A DNA stretch of 64,000 nucleotides from assembly GCA_000004985.1 (NCBI GenBank), contig GG738906.1. The stretch is one strand, 5' to 3'. The notes beneath the pieces were generated by a model, which was not told where the DNA came from, ran no database searches, and worked only from the letters and a program-made list of their open reading frames with translations. The translations under genes were made by a program, and so were the position numbers. Numbering within the stretch: the first letter of the stretch is position 1; the number at the start of each line of letters is the position of its first letter. This document shows positions 1-10,087 of this stretch, piece after piece. The DNA is from Naegleria gruberi (taxonomy: Eukaryota).

Positions 1-274
1 GGTTTATGTTGAATTTCTTCTAGTGGATTTTCCATTTCCGGATAGTAGTTATTAATTAATTTTTCCACAGTTAATTCATAATCTCCATCGATATGTAAAT
101 CGTTTGGTTTATCAATAACAAGTACATCTCTACTTTTAAAAATAATTGGAATGTTTGGCAGGGACTGGTTCATAAATGAAGTCATCATTTTTTTGAGTTT
201 AAAAATCAGTTGGCTGCTGTTTGGAAAATGTGGAATTTATCTTAGAGATTTAACATCTCATTAATTTTATTTAA

Positions 275-3200
275 CTAGTTGAGGAATGACAAAAGACTGG
301 CACCAATAGTTTCATTTTTAAGGAATGGTGATTGATTACTTTGCATGTTAGGCGTACTGGCAGAATTTCTTTGGGTGGTTGGTTTGAGGAGAGAAGAGAA
401 ATTATTTGGGGAAAAGTGATTATTGTTTGTAGTGACTGTGAGTATTTTCTGGGCTGTATGAGGCGGTAACACAGGATAAAAAGTCATGAATTCTGAACAT
501 TTACAATCACAACCAGCAGGACAAGTAGAATGATTTTGGAACCAATTTTGCAAGTGCTCCACATGCCCACCATGGTTACAGTTAGGGCAATACGAAACAA
601 CACCTCTTACTGGAGACCTACAGAGGGAACAATGAATATACTTCTTTGGTAACTGTTGTTGATGTTGTTGCAAAGATAAATTTCGTCTATACTGCTCGTT
701 AAGTATTGGAACACTTTCAATATCTATTGAGCATTCAGAAGTTCCGTTCATAAATCTTTGAGTTGTTTGAGTCGAGACATTATACTTCATTATTTCACAT
801 CTTTGAAGATGTAAACCCCAACTTTGAAGTAGTTTTGCATAGCATTGTCTTACATGAGACATAATAGGTCTCATTTCCTTTTCGATTAGATCGCAACTCT
901 CATATACTTCTAGTTTTCTATTCAAAGAGACATCTTGATTAATTGGAATAAATTCGTGTGGTTTGTGTTTTGGATTAAATTCCAGTGCTAGGTCATCACT
1001 CTCTGTATTTCGTAAATTGAAATTAGAAATCTCCAATGAAATATCCTTCAATGCTTGTTGTAACACACAAGATATTACTGCACAGGTTTGAATATCGTGT
1101 TTGCTCAGAAAATGTGTTAATATTTTCTTGACAAATCTTCTTCCCAATGCATGGTGAGTCCACACTGGTGATGGCTTGGCCACATTGTTCTTTGTTTCAT
1201 AATAGAGGCGTGGTTCAATTATCTGAGAAAGTATAACCCACATTTTGGAGAGATCTTTTCTTCCCTCCATCAGACAGATTTTAGAATTTTCCCTACAAAC
1301 CTCCACAGCATTAATTCCTACAACCCTGTATTGTTGTGCAAGGGAATACGAAACAGGTAATAAGTACTTGCTATCATAGATGTGTATTCTTGGGTCAGTT
1401 CTTGTATCATTGAATGAAATAAAACGTTGCTTTTGTTCGTTGGCAATATAGTGTTGGTCTTCTCCATGCTCGTAAATTTCACCAATATAACCGTTATGAT
1501 TTCCATAATATTGATTAACATCTTCTCCATACTCATCTTCATATTCTGAATAGTATGTATCATCCTCTGAAGACTCATCATGATATTCATTATAAACAGA
1601 TGAAAAGTAGTTATTATCTTGCTCCTTATTTGATAACTCATCAATTTCTTTCATATTATTTGGTGTCAATTCATCAGTAATGTCAGTAACATATTGTTTT
1701 GAGCTAGTATCGAGAGAATTTGTTTGAGTCTCAGCAGACATGTTAGAACTAACTTTAGAAGCTTCTTTCTTTTCCTTTTTCTGCTTCTTTTTTCTCTTGT
1801 CATTGTGATCTTCATTAAAATCTTTGTTTCTATTTCGTATAGTCATTTCAAATGGTGTCTTTAAATCGTTGACCATATCAACATAGTACCTATATCCAAA
1901 ATCAGAGTCATTCTTTTTCTTTTCACTTTTTTGTTTTGATTCTATTGACTCTTTAGGCTTTTTCATTGATCGTAAGCTAAATGAGTTGAAATAAATTAAA
2001 TCTCCAGAAGGAGAGAATCTTGCACCACTGATTGGATGAGCAATAAAAGATCCTTCGTCAACAGTTGTTTTTTTTAACACTTGAGCAACATTGTCATTGA
2101 CTGAATCAACATTATTTTTTGTATCCTGAGATTGAGGCTGGTCTTCAACCGTATTGCTGGAAGACATTGTAGCTAAATTTATACTACTTAAAACCTTTGG
2201 CATTCCAACGCTTGTTGGAGAGTTAAAAGTACTGGATTGACCTCCGATTATTGCAACACCATCTTGTTCGTTTTCCTTCCTTTCACGCCATCTTGTTTTA
2301 CCAAGAATAGAAATGATAGCTCTCAAACAGCTCAACATGCAATTTCTGTGTTTGAGTACATCTTCATGAGCTGCAGATGTGAGGGCTTGTTTGATAATTT
2401 TTAAATCATTCACTGATATGAATGATCTCGACTGAATAAATTCAAATGATGGAGGAGCACCAACTGGATATAATTTTGGGAAAGTAATCTTCAATTTGAG
2501 CTCATTAATAGTTGGAGGAGTATTTGGAACTGAGACAGATTTGATGATAAGTATTATATTCAATATACAAGATCTTGCCTGTTCACGCTTATCTATTTTT
2601 TCAATATTGAGTTTTAACTCGCATTCATTATTTTCTGGTTTTTCAGTTGCTCCAGTCTTAACTCGTGTACAAAACTTTAGATTATTAAGTATGGATTCTA
2701 ATTTTTCAACCTCGCTATCAAAGGACAAGCTGACTACTGGACTTCCCATTCCACCATTATTAGAACTAGGTTGATCACCAAGACCTGCAAATAATGCAGA
2801 TGGATCTGTCTCAAAAATATGATCCGGAATGCTAGTAATACTCCATTCATTTCCTAATAAATGATTACTCATCATTCCTATTGGAGATCTTGATAGTAAA
2901 AATCCCTTATCCAAGCTACCAGAAAGATTTTCCTTACTATTTGAAGGAGATGTCATCATCTCTGTTGATTTTAAATCATCTATTAATTGAGGAGAGAAGT
3001 TCCAAAATCTTATACTCATATCTTTGGACCAGGTTAGAAGTTGATTTCCTATATTATCTGTTACCCTAAAATCAAGACACCTAATTTCGTCGGTATGCCC
3101 TGAAAATAGACTAATATTTTCTATTGGCTCAATGCCTGTGGTTGGATTTGATGGACTTCCCATTGGTCTGTTTGATGCTTTCTGTGAAGGATAGTTCAAT

Positions 3201-4171
3201 TTCCAAACTCTTACTTGATGTTCCTTCTTTGATATTGAAACCAAACCCTTTCCAAATGGTGTATATCTAATTTTTGATACTGGGAAAGCCACTCGTTGTG
3301 TCATTATTAATTTTTGTTCGGTATAGTCCCATATCTTTACTAATTTATCCATTGATCCTGCTGTCACAATTTCATGTGCATTTGTTGGACTCCAATCCAT
3401 AGAAGAAATGAGAGGATGGTGAGCAGAAATAAATGTAGTAAACTTGTTGGATGGTGTTGAAGAGGAAGAACAATTTCTAATATCCCAAATTCTTAAATCT
3501 ACATTATGTGCAGAGGCGATTATATTGGAATCTATTGGATTCCAACAAACAATACTTGGAAAATCTGTATAGGAAATAAAACTTGCCACTTTACATTGGT
3601 TTCTTTCAAATTAAATCATTTGTAAATATGAGATTGGAAAAACTTACGAAGGTAATCTGGTATCCCAAATATTAACGAATCCATCACCACTACAAGTTGC
3701 AATTTTACTGTTCGTTAAATCATGTGGAGACCAAGAGATTGAATTGATGCTTCTTTGATGAGCTTGGAAAGATCTATCCCTATCCGTATCATTGGATGTG
3801 AATGATGTTATAGACCCAATAGTTGAAGTATTAGATGATGTACGGCCTCTGACACCAGAACTTCCTCCAGCAATTGATGATATCGAAGAATTAGGAATGG
3901 TACTAGATGTTACTCCCTTTGATAAATCTAAAATTTGAAGACTATCAGATGTTGTATAGGCCAATATTGGTTTTGCAATGTCATGACTAAATTGAACACA
4001 AGAAACTTCATTCTTTTTACTTTTGTGTAATAAAAGGGATGGTTGGGAGGAGGTTGATGAAATGTTTGTTGCTGAAGAAATGTGTGAAGAAGTGCTATTT
4101 AATGATGATGAAAGAGTTGAAGAGGTATTTGTTGATGAACCTGTAGGTGTGATATTGTTTGGATTTGGCAA
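275..4171 (-). CDS. GATOR2/SEA-complex WD40-RWD-RING protein (WDR59/Sea3-like). Two exons, complement(join(275..3598,3644..4171)), with a ~45-nt intron at 3599..3643.
   Basis: Two ORFs (3644..4171 and 275..3589) are joined in frame across a GTAAGT...AG intron. The N-terminus has WD40 repeats (VNIWDTRLPS, IWDIRN, VKIWDY). A central segment is RWD-like (KITFPKLYPVGAPPSFEFIQ). The C-terminus is the RING-like motif CSLCRSPVRGVVSYCPNCNHGGHVEHLQNWFQNHSTCPAGCDCKC, which matches the WDR59/WDR24 C-terminus. The protein is S/N-rich and low-complexity. Confidence 0.6.
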
Positions 4172-4619
4172 TCTAAATACTATTAGACCATTCCGACTAG
4201 AAAATAATTTTTACTAACAATAATAATTGATCAACCTACCTCCCCAATGCCATCAGTTCTCCACTCGTGTCTACAGACAAGTCGTTAACACTTTGTACTT
4301 GTCTTAGTGTAAATTTGTTACTTTCCTCATTCCGAATGGAAGAGGTATTTACTCTTTGTTGGTTTGAAGAAAATATTGCTGATAACATTTTAAAGTGATG
4401 TTTTGATCAACATTAAATTTTACTGATGTTATTTGGTGGATATTTTTTGTGGTAAGTCCTTGAAAGATACTGCACTATGTGCTTTAAAACCACTGAAACA
4501 TCAATAGTTTTAATAACGTTAATTTTGTACTAATATACTGTCATTTAGGAATGTTATCAAATTCTTAACTACCCGCCAAAAGTTGTAATAATAGATCCAT
4601 CATTCTACAGAAAACAAAG

Positions 4620-4626
4620 TTGGCGC
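4620..4626. promoter_or_regulatory. E2F-like core TTGGCGC about 35 bp upstream of the RABL2 ATG
   Basis: The motif fits the E2F consensus TTTSGCGC. The same family of motifs recurs upstream of other genes in this window. Confidence 0.3.
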
Positions 4627-4660
4627 TCAAAGTAGTGAGAACAACAACTTTATTAAAAAA

Positions 4661-5304
4661 ATGAGCAACAAGGTAATTAAGGTCATTCTTCTTGGGGATT
4701 CTGCAGTTGGAAAATCAAAGTTAGTTGAAAGATTCATGATTGATGGATTTCGAGAGCAACAACAATCTACGTTTGCAGTAAACATCTTCCCATACAAAGC
4801 CAAAATTGATGGTGAAGACTGCGATGTTGAATTCTGGGTAAGTGTTCCGATTTGATCATTTATGATAGAAAATCATTAAAGGATACAGCTGGTCAGGAGA
4901 GGTTTAATAATGTGCATCCATCTTACTATGACAGAGCCCATGCTTGTATTTTCGTTTTTGATGATAGACAAATTACATACAAGAATTTAGAAAAGTGGTA
5001 CAACGAATTGCAAACTTATCGAAAGGGTATTCCTTCGATAGTGATCTGTAACAAGATAGATTGTAGGTTTTCTGATTTGAATTAATAATGAATAACAACT
5101 AATTTTCTTGGAATAGTAAACATGGAGGCAACAAAAACCACTTTCAATTTTGCCTCAAAGAGAGAACTTCCATTATATTATGCCTCTGCTGCTGATGGAA
5201 CCAATGTAGTTAAGGCTTTTACAGATGCCCTCAAACTAGCAAAGAAATGTAGAGACAACCCAGAAAAGGAATTTGTGGATGATGTTCTAGAATTACTAAA
5301 TTAA
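4661..5304 (+). CDS. RABL2: RABL2 (Rab-like protein 2, ciliary/IFT-associated small GTPase). Three exons, join(4661..4837,4882..5062,5117..5304).
   Basis: The sequence VILLGDSAVGKSKLVERFMIDGF...DTAGQERF...HACIFVFD...NKID...LPLYYASAADGTNVVKAF aligns closely with human RABL2 (IICLGDSAVGKSKLMERFLMDGF...LPLYFVSAADGTNVV). There is no C-terminal prenylation motif, as in RABL2. Introns are 44 and 54 nt with GTAAGT and GTAGGT donors. Confidence 0.85.
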
Positions 5305-5383
5305 ATATTTTTACATTTCTGTTCAACATTTTTTAAATATTTTACAACTTTAATAAATTTAGAATAATAGCAATTATTAAAAA

Positions 5384-5764
5384 ATGAGTTTGTTGACACA
5401 AGATTTGAGTAAAAAATCCGTTTTTAATCTGCATAGTTTGAACAAAATTGATGGTCAAATAGGTTATGGAGTAATAGAGTGTACCAGTGGAATTATTCAA
5501 CATGTAGGTATTTAAAAGAATAATTAATGATAAATCAAACGATCGGAAAAGAATGAAGGAAAATTTAAAGATCAACCTGAATTATTGGAACACGTACATG
5601 GCATGTTGCAGGATATTAATGGACTGTTTACTTCATCCTCCAATGATGAATCAATTAAAAAATTAACTGTCCGTATTGAAAATGACTCTCAAAGTGGAAA
5701 AAATTTACTCTACCATATTTCCATATCTAAGAGCAATGTATTTGTTGTTCTAACAACATGCTAA
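5384..5764 (+). CDS. Small (~105 aa) roadblock/LC7-like protein, possibly a dynein light chain or a LAMTOR-type subunit. Two exons, join(5384..5507,5571..5764).
   Basis: The ATG at 5384 opens MSLLTQDLSKKSVFNLHSLNKIDGQIGYGVIECTSGIIQHV. A 63-nt intron (GTATTT...AAAG) joins in frame to DQPELLEHVHGMLQDINGLF...NLLYHISISKSNVFVVLTTC. The G..G-ii-..-G and alternating-strand pattern resembles the roadblock fold. The assignment is tentative. Confidence 0.3.
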
Positions 5765-5844
5765 ATTCCTGTAAATAAAATTAAATTATAATACATTAAA
5801 TAATTATTAAATTTAAATTAAAAATTATTAGCAAACAAAAAAAA

Positions 5845-7441
5845 ATGAGACTATCAAAGAAACTTTTGAGCGTAGCAAGAATGCACGCCCAAGCTACATT
5901 ACCAATCAACAGATGTTTCAATTCTTCTCGATACTATCAAATTGGTAGGTTTATAAAAAACTAAAAAAGCTAACATTCCGAAAGATATTGGAAAAGTATC
6001 TTCAACTTTCCAAATTCCTTCACTTTCTGCTCTTCAAAGTAAAACATTGGAGGTTGTATCAAAGGATAATAGTAAGGATGTCTTCATTGAAGCACCAATT
6101 TTTTCTGGTAAGACTTTGGCCTATCTTGTTCCAACCTTTGAATTAGTTTCTCAAGCAATCAAATCAGAGAGATGGGCAGAAAGACCAGGCTTCCGTGCCC
6201 TCATTGTTGTTCCAACTCGTGAAGCAGCTATTGCTGTTGGTTTCCAAATTGACAAATATATTTCATCACTCCCTGTTGAAGAACGTCCTTTGGCTCCTGT
6301 AACTAAAGGAAATACAGACACTTACACATTCAAGTCAACAAAGAAGGAAGGACACGAAATTATTGAAGACCACCAAGGATATTCCGCTTATGAAAAGTCT
6401 ATTACTCGTAGAGAAAATGTTTATGGACTTTCATATGCTGTTATTTGCGGAGGAAAGAGTATGGAACAAGAAATTACTATGCTTGATGCAAGCGAGCCAG
6501 AAATTATTGTTGCAACACCAGGCAGACTTTTGGACCACATGAAGAATTCTGATTACTTCCGTAATTGTAAGATTGTTGTTGTTGATGATTGTCAACTCTT
6601 CAAGGGTGATGTCGAAGGAGTTATGGATAAGGTTTTTGAAAATATTCCACAAACAACCCAAAGAGTTTTTGTTGGAACCGCCGAACCTTTCAAGAAATAT
6701 TTGAGAAATAGTGATAATGTAGAACTCATCTCATCTACTGAATCAGTTTCAAAGAGTGACGTTAAACAATCAATCATCAAGACACAAAATACTGCTGAAT
6801 CTTTGAAAGTTTTACACCAAATTTTGTCTCAAAACAAGCACAAGAAGGTTGCTGTTTTTGGTGAAAACTCTCAAATTATTCACACACATTACTTGATGGC
6901 TGAAAATGGAATCTTTTCTCTCCTAATTGCTAGTAAGATTGCTCCTTCCAGATCATTGACAAGTTTTAGTAATTTTAATCAACAACAAAATGGTATTGCA
7001 TTCTGTTCAAATATTGCCTGCCAAATGACTCCTGATGTGGATTTGGTCATTCATTTAGGAGCTCCAGAAACTCAAGAAAAGTACGAAAGTAGACTTTCTC
7101 GAACCTATTCTAAGAATCAATCTCAATCTATTGTCTTGGCCTCCCAAATTCCAGACTTTTTGAGCAATGTACAAATTGTTCAAACACCATCTGCATCTTC
7201 TGATTTTATTGCTAAACAACTCAGAGTTCCTTCAATCCAAAAAGTTAACGGTGAGAATTTGTTGATCTCTTTAATTTTGAGAAGACAAACTACTACACCA
7301 GAAGAAAAGAAACAAGCTGTAGAGCAAGCTATTAAGGATTTGAAAGATTTTGGTTTTGTGGAATTACCTAAATTGCCAAAACAACAAGCTATCAAACTTG
7401 GTTTTGAAAAAGAATTGCTTGACGCAGGATTGCTGGAATAA
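5845..7441 (+). CDS. Divergent DEAD-box-helicase-like protein with a probable mitochondrial presequence. Two exons, join(5845..5944,5985..7441).
   Basis: Exon 1 encodes MRLSKKLLSVARMHAQATLPINRCFNSSRYYQI, which is basic and hydroxylated with no acidic residues, like a mitochondrial presequence. A 40-nt intron follows (GTAGGT...gCTAACattccgaaAG). Exon 2 carries a Q-motif-like TFQIP, a degenerate motif I (APIFSGKTLAY), Ia (PTREAA), Ib (VATPGRLLDH) and motif II degenerated to VVDDCQ. No clear motif VI is present, so the protein is probably catalytically impaired. Confidence 0.55.
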
Positions 7442-7586
7442 ATGACCATTTATTTTTTCTGCACACCTCCATTGTTGTGTCTAACCAAGTATTTGAATAA
7501 TTTGATTTTTTCTGAATAATTAAGGCAGTTTATATTAAAAAAGGAATGTTAAAATATAATGTTACAACTGTTTTTATTAAAATAAT

Positions 7587-7867
7587 TTAGATGATACCTT
7601 TGTACTTCATGTCAGATCCCTTAATATGATCAACCAACCATTGCCTTATGAATTGCTTTCAGCATCACCAACTGAGGTCAAACCTAAAGCATCTTTAACG
7701 AATTTGTCGTGAATTTCCATGTGAGCAGCTGATTCAGACCATGCTTTGCGAACAAATCTTCTTCAGTCTTGAAGTGCATAACAACATAGTCCAACAAGTG
7801 GTACACACAAGTTCTGTTGGCATCCAAAGCATTGATCAATTCAAAGAGCTTCTCAATGAAGTTTCAT
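7587..7867 (-). pseudogene. Hemerythrin-like pseudogene, N-terminally truncated with three single-nucleotide frameshifts
   Basis: The minus-strand reading switches frame three times. It reads MKLH, then [+1] EKLFELINALDANRTCVYHLLDYVVMHFKTEEDLFAK, then [-1] AWSESAAHMEIHDKFVKDALGLTSVGDAE, then [-1] KQFIRQWLVDHIKGSDMKYKGII*. This aligns to animal and protist hemerythrins (HKKIF...HFTHEE...HKKMHKDF...WLVNHIKGTDFKYKGKL) and retains every His/Glu/Asp iron ligand. Both -1 shifts fall in AAAG-CA contexts. About 25 N-terminal residues are missing. The element sits in the 276-bp spacer between two convergent genes. Confidence 0.5.
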
Positions 7868-7870
7868 GAA

Positions 7871-9718
7871 CTAGAGTTTATTGTTTTGTCTTGAGAATGT
7901 ATCTCTAATATCAAGCTCTAGCATTAAATTTGAAAATGAGGGTAATACAAGATCGTTTGATTGGGGTTCACTAATTTTTTGTTCGCTTCGTAAATAGTTT
8001 CCTGCACTGGATACACTTGAGATTTGAGAATTAAAACTAGATCCAATAGAATCTGAAATGGATGATGTATTAGAAATTGGTGTTGCACCGAAAGAGGAGA
8101 CACTCGATTGAGAACCAATTGAAGCCAAAGATATTTTCAAAAGAGATGATGGTGAACTGTTGGAGGATACTGATGAAACTACACTACTTGGGGTAGCCGA
8201 ACTGAGAGTATTATTCATTTGTCTAACCTTATCAATTTTCTTTGGTCTACCTCTCTTCTTTTCTGGAAGGTCAACACATTTCTTTCCCAATCTTACACAT
8301 CTCAAACAGGGCCTTTCCTTAGAGCATCTCTTGTGAACTCTTCTACATTCAGAGCATGATCTTTTCCCTTCACTAGTTGAGGGTTGATCATAATCATCAC
8401 CAGCTTCTTTTGAACTTGAAGGATAATAGTTAAAGTCCATGGTTTCAGCACTCTCATCCTTTTCAACCATTCCACTTTGGGAATCAAGTGCCATCTTTAA
8501 CTTTGATGCACTTATTTCAGGAGCATTGGGTTTTGCAAATATTTCTGTATTCTTAATTGTAGATGGAAGTGGCTTAAAAGATTTATCCTCTAAACTCTTT
8601 TCGTCTAATCTCATTCTTTGGAAGGTGGTTGAAAACGATGGTTGGTGAGGAGACTCGAATTCTTCTGTTGACAGAGGAGTTAGTGGGGAAATTGTGTCCT
8701 GAGAACTATTTTCCCTGCAAATTGTATAGACTGAGAGCCTGTTTGGCTGATTCAAAGGTGTATTGCTTGGTTGGTTGGTAACATATAGAGGTTGGTGCAG
8801 AGTGGTAACAAACTGCTTATCTTCTTCGACTTTGTAGGAATGAATTTGGTGAGGAGAATTGAGAACGGGTGAGAAGGTTGTTTGTTGAGTGATTGGTGTT
8901 TTAAGAGAAGTAAGAACTGGAACATATTTTACATCTTCTCTTTGGAAGTGGAGAGATCCTCTTGTTTGAGGATGATAGATTGTTCTTGGATCATTGGTTG
9001 GAATTATTCTATTGTGGTGAACAGGGTGATTGGAAGGTGTATTGGAGTGGACCACCTGTATAGTTTGGGTTGGGACAGAGTGATGAAAATGATGAGCCTG
9101 AGCTGGCACCTGAGATACAGTAGTGGTTGGTTGCGAGTATGCCACGTGGGTTTGATGAAGTACAGTTGCTCCTTGTGGCAAGTTGGTGTAATAAGGCTGG
9201 TTCTGCTGAAGAGTAACATGTCCGTTTTCCAATGAATAAGCATTACTTGCTGAAGAAACAATGATTGGTTGTGGAGAGACTTGTACTCGTTGAGGGTGAA
9301 TAGAATTTTGAGGTGTTGTGGTGCCATTTTCAATGAACCTAGTCGTGCCATTAATGGATGCGCTCAACAAGGATGAATTACTTTGCGTTCTAGTAGTTGG
9401 GTGGGCAATGAGAGATTGGCCACTTTGAATAGGTGTTGCTGAAGAGTAGATAGGAGAGCTAATATTGGATTGACTTTGAGGTTGGATTAATTGTTGATGT
9501 GTAATTATTTGAGGTTGGTAATGGTGATGTGCAGGAATAACATGAATATTAGTTGGTGTGTGACTGATAACCTGTCCAGAATTTGGTAATTGATGAGAAG
9601 GAATAATACCTGTTGATGATGATTGTGTTGAATAAACAGTACCCGGTTGTTGAAAACCACTGTTTGATGTTGCCATTCTTGTGTGAGCATTTTGAGAATA
9701 ATAATATTGAGAAGACAT
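7871..9718 (-). CDS. Zn(II)2Cys6 (GAL4-type) binuclear-cluster transcription factor, Q/H/S/T/N-rich
   Basis: The ORF is 615 aa. It contains CSECRRVHKRCSKERPCLRCVRLGKKCVDLPEKKRGRPKK, which is the exact C-x2-C-x6-C-x5-C-x2-C-x6-C spacing followed by a basic linker. The rest is Q/H/P/S/T-rich and low-complexity. Confidence 0.7.
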   Translation of the reverse strand: MSSQYYYSQNAHTRMATSNSGFQQPGTVYSTQSSSTGIIPSHQLPNSGQVISHTPTNIHVIPAHHHYQPQIITHQQLIQPQSQSNISSPIYSSATPIQSGQSLIAHPTTRTQSNSSLLSASINGTTRFIENGTTTPQNSIHPQRVQVSPQPIIVSSASNAYSLENGHVTLQQNQPYYTNLPQGATVLHQTHVAYSQPTTTVSQVPAQAHHFHHSVPTQTIQVVHSNTPSNHPVHHNRIIPTNDPRTIYHPQTRGSLHFQREDVKYVPVLTSLKTPITQQTTFSPVLNSPHQIHSYKVEEDKQFVTTLHQPLYVTNQPSNTPLNQPNRLSVYTICRENSSQDTISPLTPLSTEEFESPHQPSFSTTFQRMRLDEKSLEDKSFKPLPSTIKNTEIFAKPNAPEISASKLKMALDSQSGMVEKDESAETMDFNYYPSSSKEAGDDYDQPSTSEGKRSCSECRRVHKRCSKERPCLRCVRLGKKCVDLPEKKRGRPKKIDKVRQMNNTLSSATPSSVVSSVSSNSSPSSLLKISLASIGSQSSVSSFGATPISNTSSISDSIGSSFNSQISSVSSAGNYLRSEQKISEPQSNDLVLPSFSNLMLELDIRDTFSRQNNKL

Positions 9719-10087
9719 TTTTCATCACCAAGTACTTGTGCTCCACAAGATAATGACTGTAAGCGTATTAAGGGTGATTTTTTGAACGAACAATGTATTA
9801 TGAGGCAAATACGTTGCGTCTTTTTTTCGCAGAATAAAGTACAGTATTACGCTGTAATAGGTTGTTCTTTTACAGCTCTAACTATTTTTCTCCCTTTCTC
9901 CTTTGAAAATTTTCAACTCCACAACTTTCCATAACCTAAAGCTTATAACATGTTTTAGTGAGGTATCGAGCACACAGTAGTAGGTATCTTGATCTGTGTC
10001 AAAATTTTACAAGCTGTCATAACAGGAAATAGTTATTTGATACAAATTGAAAGAGAATGATAATGGAATTTTAAAATTTTAAAAAAA

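Noticed and set aside
7587-7867. Programmed ribosomal frameshifting as an explanation for the hemerythrin frame changes
   Set aside because: There are no canonical slippery heptamers and no downstream structure. Three shifts of mixed sign in 280 nt, plus N-terminal truncation, fit decay or sequencing error far better.
9719-10087. An E2F-like sequence (TTTTTTTCGCAGAAT) in the Zn2Cys6 / CysRS divergent promoter
   Set aside because: It lacks the GCGG/GCGC core. It is only an A/T-rich near-miss.
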